The notes beneath the pieces were generated by a model that saw only the letters and a program-made list of their open reading frames with translations, had not been told where the DNA came from and did no database searches. Of a stretch of DNA of 64,000 nucleotides, positions 36,227 to 45,246 are shown piece after piece. How positions within the stretch are numbered: the first letter of the stretch is position 1; each line of letters begins with the position of its first letter. This stretch comes from Ferrovibrio sp. Its GTDB lineage: Bacteria; Pseudomonadota; Alphaproteobacteria; Ferrovibrionales; Ferrovibrionaceae. The stretch lies in contig NZ_CAXPMC010000008.1 in the NCBI RefSeq assembly GCF_964218355.1, positions 44,726 through 108,725 on the forward strand, given 5' to 3'. The translations under genes and the position numbers were made by a program.

Positions 36227-36736
36227 CTATTTGCCCCGGCCGAGCGGAATCGCGTAGGTGATGGCCACGGTCTCGGTGCCGGGATTGCGGTCGTAGATGC
36301 CGGCATTGGAGATGTGGTTGAAGCTGAGGCCGAGCCGCGAACGGTCGTCGAAACGGTAGCTCAGTTCGATCTGCGAGCGGAATTCGATCGGCCCGCCGAT
36401 ATCCTTGCCGTCACCCTCGTAATAATAGCCGGGGGCAAAACTGGGGGTCAGCACCCAGCGACGGCCGAAATAGATATCGACCAGCACGCCGGCAAAGGCA
36501 TGAATGGTCGTATCCGAAGTGCCCATGAGCCCGGCAAACGGCTTGAATATCCAGAATTTCTTGTCATGCCGGTATTCGATGCGGCCCTCGAAGGCATCGT
36601 GATCGGTATCGATGGTATCGAAATAGCCGGCCGACAGGGCCACGAAGGCCGGATCATCGGCCCGCGCCGCGCCGGCGAAACCCAGCGCCAGCAATGCCGC
36701 AGCCGCAGCACCCAGCCACCCACGCACATACCGCAT
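36227..36736 (-). CDS. Acyloxyacyl hydrolase / PagL-like outer-membrane beta-barrel
   Basis: Signal peptide, LTPSFAPGYY, GGPIEFRSQIELSYRF and FNHISNAGIYDRNPG (His-Ser dyad of the lipid A 3-O-deacylase family). Confidence 0.85.
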   Translation of the reverse strand: MRYVRGWLGAAAAALLALGFAGAARADDPAFVALSAGYFDTIDTDHDAFEGRIEYRHDKKFWIFKPFAGLMGTSDTTIHAFAGVLVDIYFGRRWVLTPSFAPGYYYEGDGKDIGGPIEFRSQIELSYRFDDRSRLGLSFNHISNAGIYDRNPGTETVAITYAIPLGRGK

Positions 36737-36881
36737 GATTGCCCCCTGATATTTCCCACCCGCCCGGCCGTAACGGCCTGAGCCGGCGGAATATTACCCA
36801 CAGGGGGAATGATTCGCCAATACCTGCCGCCCGCCCGGACCCGCTGTATTCTCGCCATATTTCCGTCGCATAAGCCCGGCC

Positions 36882-37571
36882 ATGCGCAGTCTGAAACGGT
36901 TTGTCCTGATCCTGCCGCTGGCCCTGCTGGCGGTGCCCGCCCTGTATGGCCTGGCGGCCTGGACCCTGGGCAGCGTCACCGCACCGCACCGCGAGCCGCA
37001 GCCGGATACCCCCACCCTGCCGGTCTATCTGCTGTCCAACGGCTGGCATGTCTGGCTGGCCCTGCCGCTGCGGCCGGACGGCGCCGAAACCGCCCCGGAG
37101 GCCGACTGGAGCGGCTGGCTGCCGGCCGGCGACTTTGCCGGCAATGTCGAGGCCCTGCCCTACATTGCCTTCGGCTGGGGCGACCGCGACTTTTACCTGG
37201 CCACCCGGCAGCTGCAGGATATCCGCCCCGGCCCGGCCATCGGCGCCCTGCTCGGCCGCGGGCCGGCCGCCATGCATGTAATGCGGCTGGCGGCACCTGA
37301 CCCGGCCGCCCCGGATGTGCGCCGGATCGACGCCGACCCGCTGCAGTACCATGCCCTGGTCGCCTATATCCGCCGCGGCTTCGCCACCGGGCCGGACGGA
37401 CGGCCGCAACCGATCGCCGGCGCCGCCTATGGCCCCCGGGATGCCTTCTACGAGGCGACCGGCCGCTACAGCCCGCTTCGCACCTGCAACGAGTGGATCG
37501 GGGCCGGATTGCGCGCCGCCGCCCTGCCGGCCGGCCTGTGGACGCCGCTGCCCTTCACCCTGATGCGCTGA
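36882..37571 (+). CDS. TIGR02117/DUF2459 family protein
   Basis: YLLSNGWH, YIAFGWGDRDFY, YGPRDAFYEATGRYS and TCNEW. Confidence 0.8.
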   Translation: MRSLKRFVLILPLALLAVPALYGLAAWTLGSVTAPHREPQPDTPTLPVYLLSNGWHVWLALPLRPDGAETAPEADWSGWLPAGDFAGNVEALPYIAFGWGDRDFYLATRQLQDIRPGPAIGALLGRGPAAMHVMRLAAPDPAAPDVRRIDADPLQYHALVAYIRRGFATGPDGRPQPIAGAAYGPRDAFYEATGRYSPLRTCNEWIGAGLRAAALPAGLWTPLPFTLMR

Positions 37572-37723
37572 CACGTGAAACAGTGCAGGAACAGCCATGC
37601 CGTTATCCCGGCAGTCGCCTTGCGACTCAGGGCCAAAAACGGTAAACCCAGCCCCCGAAAAAGGGGTGTCCCCGGCGCCGGGCGCCAGGCCTCTCGCCAA
37701 GCTTTCCACTGGAGAAAAAGATC

Positions 37724-38728
37724 ATGACGGTACGCGTTGCGATTAACGGTTTCGGACGCATCGGCCGCAATGTCCTGCGCGCCATCATCGAGAGCGGCCG
37801 CACCGACATCGAGGTGGTCGGCATCAACGATCTCGGCCCGGTCGAAACCAACGCGCATCTGTTCCGCTATGACAGCGTGCATGGCCGCTTCAACGGCAGC
37901 GTGACCGTGAAGGGCGACAGCATCGATGTGGGCCGCGGCCCGATCAAGGTGACCGCCGAGCGCGATCCGGCCAAGCTGCCCTGGAAGGACCTGAAGGTCG
38001 ACATCGCGCTGGAATGCACCGGCATCTTCACCGACAAGGACAAGGCCGCGCTGCACCTGACCGCCGGCGCCCGCAAGGTGCTGGTCTCCGCCCCGGCGAC
38101 CAACGCCGATCTCACCGTCGTCTATGGCGTGAACCACGACCAGCTGAAGCCCGAGCATACCGTGGTCTCGAATGCGTCGTGCACCACCAACTGCCTGGCG
38201 CCGGTCGCCTTCGTGCTCGATGCCGCCATCGGCATCGAGAAGGGCTACATGACCACGATCCATGCCTATACCGGCGACCAGCCGACCCTGGACACCATGC
38301 ACAAGGATCTGTACCGCGCCCGCGCCGCGGCGCTGTCGATGATCCCGACCACCACCGGCGCCGCCAAGGCCGTCGGCCTGGTGCTGCCGTCGCTGAAAGG
38401 CAAGCTGGACGGTTCGTCGATCCGCGTGCCCACCCCGAACGTGTCGCTGATCGACTTCAAGTTCATCGCCAGGAAGAACACCACCGTCGAGGAGGTGAAC
38501 GAGGCGATGAAGCGCGCCGCCGCCAACCAGCTGAAGGGCATCCTCGACATCAACGACCAGCCGCTGGTTTCCAGCGACTTCAACCACAATCCGGCCAGCT
38601 CGACCTTCGACCTGAAGCAGACCCAGGTGATGGAAGGCAATCTGGTGCGCGTGGTGTCGTGGTACGACAACGAATGGGGCTTCTCCAACCGCATGTCGGA
38701 TACTGCGGTGGCGATGGCCAAACTGTAA
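37724..38728 (+). CDS. gap: Glyceraldehyde-3-phosphate dehydrogenase type I
   Basis: [21 protein letters not shown] and WYDNEWGFS. Confidence 0.98.
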   Translation: MTVRVAINGFGRIGRNVLRAIIESGRTDIEVVGINDLGPVETNAHLFRYDSVHGRFNGSVTVKGDSIDVGRGPIKVTAERDPAKLPWKDLKVDIALECTGIFTDKDKAALHLTAGARKVLVSAPATNADLTVVYGVNHDQLKPEHTVVSNASCTTNCLAPVAFVLDAAIGIEKGYMTTIHAYTGDQPTLDTMHKDLYRARAAALSMIPTTTGAAKAVGLVLPSLKGKLDGSSIRVPTPNVSLIDFKFIARKNTTVEEVNEAMKRAAANQLKGILDINDQPLVSSDFNHNPASSTFDLKQTQVMEGNLVRVVSWYDNEWGFSNRMSDTAVAMAKL

Positions 38729-38750
38729 GCGGCAGGAAGGAACCGCCATC

Positions 38751-39947
38751 GTGGCCCGCTTCCACACCCTCGACGATGTCGATGTTTCCGGCAAGGTGGT
38801 GCTGACCCGCGTCGACCTGAACGTCCCGATGAAGGACGGCCGGATCACCGACGACCTGCGCATCAGCCGCATCCTGCCCACCCTGCACGAACTGTCGCGC
38901 AAGGGCGCCAAGGTGGTGGTGCTGTCGCATTTCGGCCGGCCCGACGGCAAGCCGGTGCCGGAAATGTCGCTGAAGCCGGTGGCGGCCGCACTCGCCACGG
39001 CACTCGGCGCTCCGGTCGGCTTCGCCGAGGACTGCATCGGCGATACCGCCCGGGCGGCCATCGACAAACTGAAGCCCGGCGGCGTCGTGCTGCTGGAAAA
39101 CACCCGCTTCCATGCCGCCGAAGAGAAGAACGACAGCGCCTTTGCCAAGTCGCTGGCGGCACTGGGCGATCTTTATGTCAACGATGCCTTCTCCTGCGCC
39201 CATCGCGCCCATGTCTCGACCGAAGCGCTGGCGCATCTGCTGCCGGCCTGCGCCGGCCGCAACATGGAAGTCGAACTGAAGCATCTCGAAGCCGCCCTGA
39301 TCGCACCGGACAAGCCGGTGGCCGCGGTGATCGGCGGCGCCAAGGTCTCGACCAAGCTGGAACTGCTCGGCAACCTGCTCGGCAAGGTCGACAGGATCAT
39401 CATCGGCGGCGGCATGGCCAACACCTTCCTGTTCGCCCAGGGCCGCGAGGTCGGCAAGAGCCTGTGCGAAAAGAACATGGCCGATACCGCCCGCGACATC
39501 CTGCGCGATGCCGTGGCCCGCGGCTGCGCGGTGATCCTGCCCGACGACGTGGTGGTGGCCCGCGAATTCCGCGCCGGCGCCCCCAGCAAGGTGGTGCCGG
39601 CCGACCGCTGCCCGGCCGACCAGATGATCCTCGATATCGGCCCGGTGGCCGCGGCCCGGCTCGGCACCATCCTGGCCGACTGCCGCACGCTGGTCTGGAA
39701 CGGCCCGCTCGGCGCCTTCGAAACGCCGCCCTTCGATGCCGGCACCGTCACCGTGGCGCGCACCGCGGCGGCGCTGACGGCAGCGGGGCGCCTGCTGAGC
39801 GTGGCTGGCGGCGGCGACACCGTCGCCGCCCTGCGCCATGCCGGCGTGGCCGAGGAGTTTTCCTATGTGTCGACCGCCGGCGGCGCCTTCCTCGAATGGC
39901 TGGAAGGCAAGGAGCTGCCCGGTGTGGCCGCACTGGCCGCCAAGTGA
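38751..39947 (+). CDS. pgk: Phosphoglycerate kinase
   Basis: [43 protein letters not shown] and [18 protein letters not shown]. Confidence 0.98.
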   Translation: MARFHTLDDVDVSGKVVLTRVDLNVPMKDGRITDDLRISRILPTLHELSRKGAKVVVLSHFGRPDGKPVPEMSLKPVAAALATALGAPVGFAEDCIGDTARAAIDKLKPGGVVLLENTRFHAAEEKNDSAFAKSLAALGDLYVNDAFSCAHRAHVSTEALAHLLPACAGRNMEVELKHLEAALIAPDKPVAAVIGGAKVSTKLELLGNLLGKVDRIIIGGGMANTFLFAQGREVGKSLCEKNMADTARDILRDAVARGCAVILPDDVVVAREFRAGAPSKVVPADRCPADQMILDIGPVAAARLGTILADCRTLVWNGPLGAFETPPFDAGTVTVARTAAALTAAGRLLSVAGGGDTVAALRHAGVAEEFSYVSTAGGAFLEWLEGKELPGVAALAAK

Positions 39948-39961
39948 ATGCATGATACAAT

Positions 39962-39991
39962 CCGGCCCCGAAATGCAGGGGCCGGTTTTTT
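39962..39991 (+). terminator. Intrinsic terminator between pgk and fba
   Basis: CCGGCCCC/GGGGCCGG stem followed by T6. Confidence 0.7.
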
Positions 39992-40034
39992 CGTTTCAAC
40001 GACCTGACATGAGACGTATCGGGAGCAGACTGCA

Positions 40035-41072
40035 ATGAACCTCAAGGAACTCAACAAGATCGCGGAAGCGATGGTCGCGCCGGGCAAGGGCATCCTGGCC
40101 GCCGACGAGAGCACCTCGACGATCGAAAAGCGCCTGTCCAGCATCAACGTGCCCTCGACCGAGGAAAACCGCCGCGATTACCGCGAGATGCTGTTCACCA
40201 CCGACGGCGCCGAGCAATACATCTCCGGCGTCATCCTCTACGACGAGACGCTGCGCCAGAAGGGCAAGGACGGCACCCCGCTGGTCGACATCCTGAACAA
40301 GCGCGGCATCATTCCGGGCATCAAGGTCGACAAGGGCGTGCAGCCCCTGCAGGGCAGCGACGGCGAGAAGATCACCGAAGGCCTGGACGGTCTGGGCAAG
40401 CGCATGGCGGAATACCACCAGCTCGGCGCCCGCTTCGCCAAATGGCGCGCGGTGCTGACCATCGACGCCGCCACCGGCAAGCCGAGCCGCCAGGCGCTGG
40501 TTGCCAATGCCGAGGCGCTGGCCCGCTATGCCGGAATCTGCCAGGCCAACGGCATCGTGCCGATCGTCGAGCCGGAAATCCTGATGGATGGCGACCACGA
40601 TCTCGCCACCAGCTTCGCCGCCACCGAGCGCACGCTGCACACCGTCTTCGAATATCTGGCGATCCACAATGTCGCCTTCGAGGGCATGATCCTGAAGCCG
40701 GGCATGGTGATCCAGGGCGAGAAGGCGAAGAAGGCCGCCAGCATCGACGAAGTCGCCGATGCCACCGTGCAGGTTCTGAAGCGCTGCGTGCCTTCGGCCG
40801 TGCCGGGCATCGCCTTCCTGTCGGGCGGCCAGTCGGACGAACTGGCCTCGGCCCATCTCGGCGCCATGAATGCCCGCCACCCGAACCTGCCCTGGAAGCT
40901 GACCTTCTCCTATGGTCGCGCCCTGCAGGCCCTGCCGCTGAAGCTGTGGGGCGGCAAGGCCGCCAATGTGGCGAATGCGCAGAAGGGCTATCTGCACCGC
41001 GCCAGGCTCAACGGCATGGCGGCACTGGGCAAATACGAAGCAAAGCTGGAAAGCGAGTTCAAGGCCGCGTAA
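40035..41072 (+). CDS. fba: Fructose-bisphosphate aldolase class I
   Basis: GKGILAADES, IPGIKVDKG, RFAKWR, VPIVEPE, Schiff-base Lys in ILKPGM, FLSGGQS and TFSYGRALQ. Confidence 0.97.
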   Translation: MNLKELNKIAEAMVAPGKGILAADESTSTIEKRLSSINVPSTEENRRDYREMLFTTDGAEQYISGVILYDETLRQKGKDGTPLVDILNKRGIIPGIKVDKGVQPLQGSDGEKITEGLDGLGKRMAEYHQLGARFAKWRAVLTIDAATGKPSRQALVANAEALARYAGICQANGIVPIVEPEILMDGDHDLATSFAATERTLHTVFEYLAIHNVAFEGMILKPGMVIQGEKAKKAASIDEVADATVQVLKRCVPSAVPGIAFLSGGQSDELASAHLGAMNARHPNLPWKLTFSYGRALQALPLKLWGGKAANVANAQKGYLHRARLNGMAALGKYEAKLESEFKAA

Positions 41073-41097
41073 GCGCCGCCTGAAAGCAGCGACCGCA

Positions 41098-41125
41098 ACG
41101 GCCCCGGCAGCAATGCCGGGGCCGT
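41098..41125. terminator. Hairpin between the convergent fba and M48 genes
   Basis: ACGGCCCCGGCA-GCAA-TGCCGGGGCCGT, a 12-bp perfect stem. Confidence 0.65.
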
Positions 41126-41144
41126 CTGCGTTCAGGCAGCCGCC

Positions 41145-42245
41145 TCAGCTGCGGCAGATGTCTTTCAGCGCCTGCCATTCGGCCGGCGCCAGCAGCGGGG
41201 ATGCCGGCTGCGCGGCGGCGGCGAAACGGGCGGCGCGGATGGCCGTATCCGGATGGGTGCTGAGCAAAGCCGGCATCCCCTCGCCCGCCTTGCCGGCAAG
41301 CCGGCGGAAGAATGCGGCCATGCCTGCCGGATCGATGCCGGACTGCCGCAGGCGCTGCAAGGCCAGATGGTCGGCCTCGTCCTCCAGGTCGCGGGTATAG
41401 GCGGCATGCAGCAGGTGTTCCGCCACGGTGACCGAGCCGATGCCGCCGACCACATCGCCGAACAGCAGGCCGACCAGCAGGCCGGTGGCGCCGCTGCGTA
41501 TCGCGGCAGCCATCGCATGGCCGGCATCGACATGGCCGATTTCATGGGCGATCACCCCGGCCAGTTCGCCGTCGCTGCCGACAAACCGCAGCAGGCCCTC
41601 GGTCAGCACGATATAGCCGCCGGGCAGGGCGAAAGCGTTGATCATGCCGTGGCGGATCACCCGCACCTGCAGCGGCAGCCGCGGCGGTGGCTGCGACAGC
41701 CGGGCCACCAGCCGCTGCAGCGCGGCCTGGCCGGCCGCCGTCTCGCAGACCGCCCCCCGGCCGCCGCGGGCGGCGGCGACCTGCTCGAAGCCGGCAAAGA
41801 CCCGGCTGCCGAAGGCCTGCTCGGTGTCGGGCGAAATGCTGCGGGCGATCACGGCGGATGCCCAGGGCAGCAGCAGGAAGGTGACGGCAAGGCCGGCCAG
41901 GGCAGCCAGCGACCACCACAGCACCAGGCGCCGGCCGCGCCGGTCGGCCGTGGTCGGGGCGCGCAGCGCGGTGCAGCGCCGCCGCAATTCGGCCAGCGCC
42001 GCCCCCGACAGGCGCAGGCGTGCCGGACTGTCATCGGCCAGCGCCAGGCTCAGCCAGTCGCTGCCGACGGATCCGTCCAGCAGGCGGATCTCGCCATAGG
42101 GCCAGGTAACGGCCTGGCTGCCGTCCGTGAAGGCAAGACCGCCATCGGTGAAGGCGGCATGGCCCTGATACACCGCGCCGCTTCTGCCATCCATATAGCG
42201 GGCGGCGTAATCCGCCGGGGCAGACGCTGCCGTCGGCTCAGACAA
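41145..42245 (-). CDS. M48-family zinc metallopeptidase
   Basis: INAFALPGG, VIAHEIGHV (HExxH), YTRDLEDEAD and LSTHP; probable TTG start 42245 overlapping the DUF898 stop. Confidence 0.88.
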   Translation of the reverse strand: MSEPTAASAPADYAARYMDGRSGAVYQGHAAFTDGGLAFTDGSQAVTWPYGEIRLLDGSVGSDWLSLALADDSPARLRLSGAALAELRRRCTALRAPTTADRRGRRLVLWWSLAALAGLAVTFLLLPWASAVIARSISPDTEQAFGSRVFAGFEQVAAARGGRGAVCETAAGQAALQRLVARLSQPPPRLPLQVRVIRHGMINAFALPGGYIVLTEGLLRFVGSDGELAGVIAHEIGHVDAGHAMAAAIRSGATGLLVGLLFGDVVGGIGSVTVAEHLLHAAYTRDLEDEADHLALQRLRQSGIDPAGMAAFFRRLAGKAGEGMPALLSTHPDTAIRAARFAAAAQPASPLLAPAEWQALKDICRS

Positions 42246-43512
42246 TGCCGATCTCGAAACTGTCGGCCAGCCCCTCGCCGAACCGCATCTGCGGCTGCAG
42301 CGACTGCTGCGCTTCGGCGGCCGCGGCAACATTCTGCACGGTGATCGCCGTGATGACCGTGCGCAGCACCGGCGTGTAGACCGTCAGCATCACCAGAACG
42401 CGCAGGCCGCCCAGGGCAAGCAGCGCAAAGACAACGATGAGGATGCCGGCCAGCAGCTTGCTGAACTCTTCTGTCGCCTGAACCGCCACGACGCCGGCGA
42501 CCGTGATCGCCGCCAGGAAAGCGATCGGCAGGATCACCAGCAGAATGCCGTAGAGAAACAGGTCGCGCAGGCGCAGGCTGCTGGCAAAATGCAGCGGCCC
42601 GATCCGGGTGTGGCCGACATACCAGCGCTGCCAGCGCACCAGGAAATAGCCATACAGCACCGGTCCGGCCAGCACGGTCAGCAGCAATGCCGCGGAAAGC
42701 CAGCCGCCGGCCCGGGCCGTGGCACCGGCAAGCTGCTGCGGGCCTGCCGCAGGCGACAGCGTCGACCAGCCGGCCTGCAGGACAGCCCCGGCAAGACAGA
42801 CCAGCAGCGGCAGCACCAGCAGCACCATCACCAGCAGCCAGGGTCTCAGCAGGCCGCGTCCGGTGCCGCTGAAGGTGCCGCGGAACTGACCCCAGGTGGT
42901 ATGGACGATGCGGTAACGGGCAAGGTCGGCCAGGGCCCAGGGCATGGCGAGGCCGAGGCTGAGCGGCACCAGCAGCAACCACAAGGCCGCCTTGCCGATA
43001 TAGGCCCAGGTCGAGCCGTCCTGCCCGGCCCGGATGCCGCGCCACAGGGTGCGCGCCAGCCGGTAGCGCCGGGCCCGCCAGGTCGCCGCGTTGATCAGCA
43101 GATAAAGCACCAGTGCATAGGCGAGGCTGAGGATGCCGGCGGCCACGGCATTGTCCAGCAGCATGGTCTGCAGGGCGGAATAGCCGACCGACAGCGGCAC
43201 GAAGATCGCCATCACGATCAGGAAGCCGATCAGCAGTTCACGGGCGCGGCCGGTATATTCCAGCGGCTCGCCGCCGATTCCGACCGAGGCCCAGAAGAAA
43301 CGCCGCAGGTTGGTCTTGGCCCAGAAGCGGTAGATGCCCAGCGTCAGGAAGCCGAACAGCATGTTGCGGACCAGCAGCGCCGGCAGGCCGGGCCGGCTCG
43401 CGAACTGCAGGGCGCCGTCTTCCGCCGGAGCGGAATCCGCGACCGGCCCTTCGACCGGATGCCCGGGGGCGGGGCCCGTCCGCAGGGGCGGAGGGTCGTT
43501 GAACACGGTCAT
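42238..43512 (-). CDS. DUF898/YjgN-family membrane protein
   Basis: LTLGIYRFWAKT.LRRFFW, PLEYTG and RYRLARTLWRGIR; usual partner of an M48 peptidase. Confidence 0.9.
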   Translation of the reverse strand: MTVFNDPPPLRTGPAPGHPVEGPVADSAPAEDGALQFASRPGLPALLVRNMLFGFLTLGIYRFWAKTNLRRFFWASVGIGGEPLEYTGRARELLIGFLIVMAIFVPLSVGYSALQTMLLDNAVAAGILSLAYALVLYLLINAATWRARRYRLARTLWRGIRAGQDGSTWAYIGKAALWLLLVPLSLGLAMPWALADLARYRIVHTTWGQFRGTFSGTGRGLLRPWLLVMVLLVLPLLVCLAGAVLQAGWSTLSPAAGPQQLAGATARAGGWLSAALLLTVLAGPVLYGYFLVRWQRWYVGHTRIGPLHFASSLRLRDLFLYGILLVILPIAFLAAITVAGVVAVQATEEFSKLLAGILIVVFALLALGGLRVLVMLTVYTPVLRTVITAITVQNVAAAAEAQQSLQPQMRFGEGLADSFEIGIV

Positions 43513-43579
43513 GGGGGGGAACGGCCTTCTGCAGCTTCTGGTCTATATATGCTGGCTTTCGCTCCCCTCCGGCAAGATG

Positions 43580-43608
43580 AAAAAGCCCGGGCAGTTGCCT
43601 GCCCGGGC
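43580..43608 (-). terminator. Intrinsic terminator of ibpA
   Basis: Minus strand GCCCGGGCAG-GCAA-CTGCCCGGGC followed by T5. Confidence 0.8.
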
Positions 43609-43650
43609 CGGTTCCGAGGTTGTGTTGTTTCAATTGCAGCCGGGCGGTGC

Positions 43651-44148
43651 TTACGCCGCCTTGGGCTGGGCGTCGATCACCGCGCCCGACACGGCCGGGG
43701 TGGCGATCGCGATCTGCCGCGGCTTCTTGGCTTCGGGGATTTCGCGTTTCAGCGCGATATGCAGCAGGCCGTCCTTCAGTTCGGCGCCGGTCACCTTCAC
43801 GGTATCGGCCAGCTCGAAGCGGCGCTCGAAGGCGCGGCGCGCGATGCCGCGATGCAGGAAGGTAACGCCGGGCTGCGCGCCGGCCTCGGCATTGGCCGCC
43901 TCGGCCGTCTCGACCGCCTTGCCGGTCACCAGCAGGCTGTTCTCCTTCACCGTCACATCGAGTTCGTCGGCGCGGAAGCCGGCCACCGCCATGGTGATGC
44001 GGTAGGCATCCTCGCCATGCTTCTCGATGTTGTACGGCGGATAGCTGGTCGCGGTCTCATCGAGACGGCTGGCCAGGTCGAACAGGCGGTTCACATGATC
44101 GAAGCCGATGCTGGAACGCAGCAGCGGGGAAATGTCGAAAGCACGCAT
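43651..44148 (-). CDS. ibpA: Small heat-shock protein Hsp20
   Basis: FDISPLLRSSIGFD, SYPPYNIE, YRITMAVAGF, FLHRGIARRAFERRFELAD and IPEAKKPRQIAI; start 44148. Confidence 0.95.
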   Translation of the reverse strand: MRAFDISPLLRSSIGFDHVNRLFDLASRLDETATSYPPYNIEKHGEDAYRITMAVAGFRADELDVTVKENSLLVTGKAVETAEAANAEAGAQPGVTFLHRGIARRAFERRFELADTVKVTGAELKDGLLHIALKREIPEAKKPRQIAIATPAVSGAVIDAQPKAA

Positions 44149-44291
44149 GGTTTCATCCTCCTGAAGCGATGAGTCCGTTGCGCGGCCCGCGAAACGCCGG
44201 TCCCGGGGATGCAGCTGCATCCTGCGGGCAACCAGAAGGCGCCAGTGCCGGGCCGCCGTGGCTGCCGGGTCCCGCTCGGGCCCCCGGCTCG
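44149..44291 (-). ncRNA. ROSE-like RNA thermometer in the ibpA 5' UTR
   Basis: Final hairpin CAUC-GCUUCAGGAG-GAUG places UCGCU opposite the AGGAG SD; several upstream GC-rich hairpins over ~140 nt. Confidence 0.6.
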
Positions 44292-44297
44292 ACAGGG

Positions 44298-44326
44298 ATG
44301 TAGGAAGCCCCGGCTGGGCCTTCAAG
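44298..44326 (-). promoter_or_regulatory. Sigma32 (RpoH) promoter of ibpA
   Basis: Minus strand CTTGAA(44326-44321)-N16-CCTACAT(44304-44298), close to the alphaproteobacterial RpoH consensus CTTGAA-N15/16-CCTATAT. Confidence 0.75.
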
Positions 44327-44341
44327 AGGGGGGCGGCGCCG

Positions 44342-44608
44342 TCAGCCGACCGAGACCGGGTACCATTTGAATTCGGCCAGCGCCCGGCCGCGCAGGAAAT
44401 CGACCGCATGTTTCGGGCCGACGAATTCCGGCGCCAGGTTCACCCCCTGGGCAGCCAGCACCACGGTGGAATTCTTGAACAGCGGCTTCATCGCCGCCAG
44501 CGAGCGCGACGCCATCTGGTCGGTGGCGATGGCGGCATAGGAGACATAGATCAGCGTGATGATCTCGTTGCCGAGCTTGATCGATGCCGATTGGTAGACC
44601 TGTGCCAT
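44342..44608 (-). CDS. Hypothetical small protein (88 aa)
   Basis: MAQVYQSASIKLGNEIITLIYV...FKWYPVSVG; G/C-ending codons like the neighbouring genes; fills the ibpA-rpmE gap; weak SD. Confidence 0.55.
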   Translation of the reverse strand: MAQVYQSASIKLGNEIITLIYVSYAAIATDQMASRSLAAMKPLFKNSTVVLAAQGVNLAPEFVGPKHAVDFLRGRALAEFKWYPVSVG

Positions 44609-44809
44609 TGTTCGGCGTCTGCTTTTTGCCACCCCGATTCGAATCATCGGATGGCGCGGCCGCCCTGCCAAGAGGATAAATGACCGCCGCCGGCGCCGGC
44701 CGGAATCCACCGCATACAGAAAAAGGGCCGCATACGGAAAAGGCGGCACCGGTTGTCCGGGCCGCCCTGCCGCCCCGGGCCGCGCGGCCCGGGCAAACCG
44801 GAAACAGGC

Positions 44810-45040
44810 TTACTTCTTGAGGCCGAAGCCGGCGAAGCGCTTGTTGAACTTGGCGACCTGGCCACCCTGGTCATTGAGGCGGGCGGGGCCGCCGGTCCAG
44901 GCCGGATGCGAGGTCGAGTCGATATCGAGCATCATGGTGTCGCCCGGCTTCCCCCAGGTCGACCGGGTGGAATAGACGGTGCCGTCGGTCATCTGGACCT
45001 TGATCTCGTGGTAGTCGGGATGGATATCGGCCTTCATCAC
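44810..45040 (-). CDS. rpmE: 50S ribosomal protein L31 (no Zn-binding Cys)
   Basis: [10 protein letters not shown]...[14 protein letters not shown]...[10 protein letters not shown]; upstream TTGCGG-N17-TATAAC promoter (45125-45097). Confidence 0.96.
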   Translation of the reverse strand: MMKADIHPDYHEIKVQMTDGTVYSTRSTWGKPGDTMMLDIDSTSHPAWTGGPARLNDQGGQVAKFNKRFAGFGLKK

Positions 45041-45246
45041 TGCTTCTCCTGGGCGTCCGGCAGCCGGATACCCGCAAAATTGCTCAATCGGCGGGGGTTA
45101 TAGCCAGAACCGCCCCCCGCCGCAAGGGCGAAAGCCGGCTGGCCGGCGGCTCTCACAACCGTGGAAACGCGGTTTTCCGGCAATTCCTATCCGGGCGCCG
45201 GAAGCGGGGACAATTGTTCGGGCGCCCGGGTTCTGGCGACTGGCTA

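Noticed and set aside
44810-45040. Zinc-free L31 as a Zur-regulated paralog
   Set aside because: A Cys-less L31 is the normal form in alphaproteobacteria; it has an ordinary sigma70 promoter and no evident Zur box.
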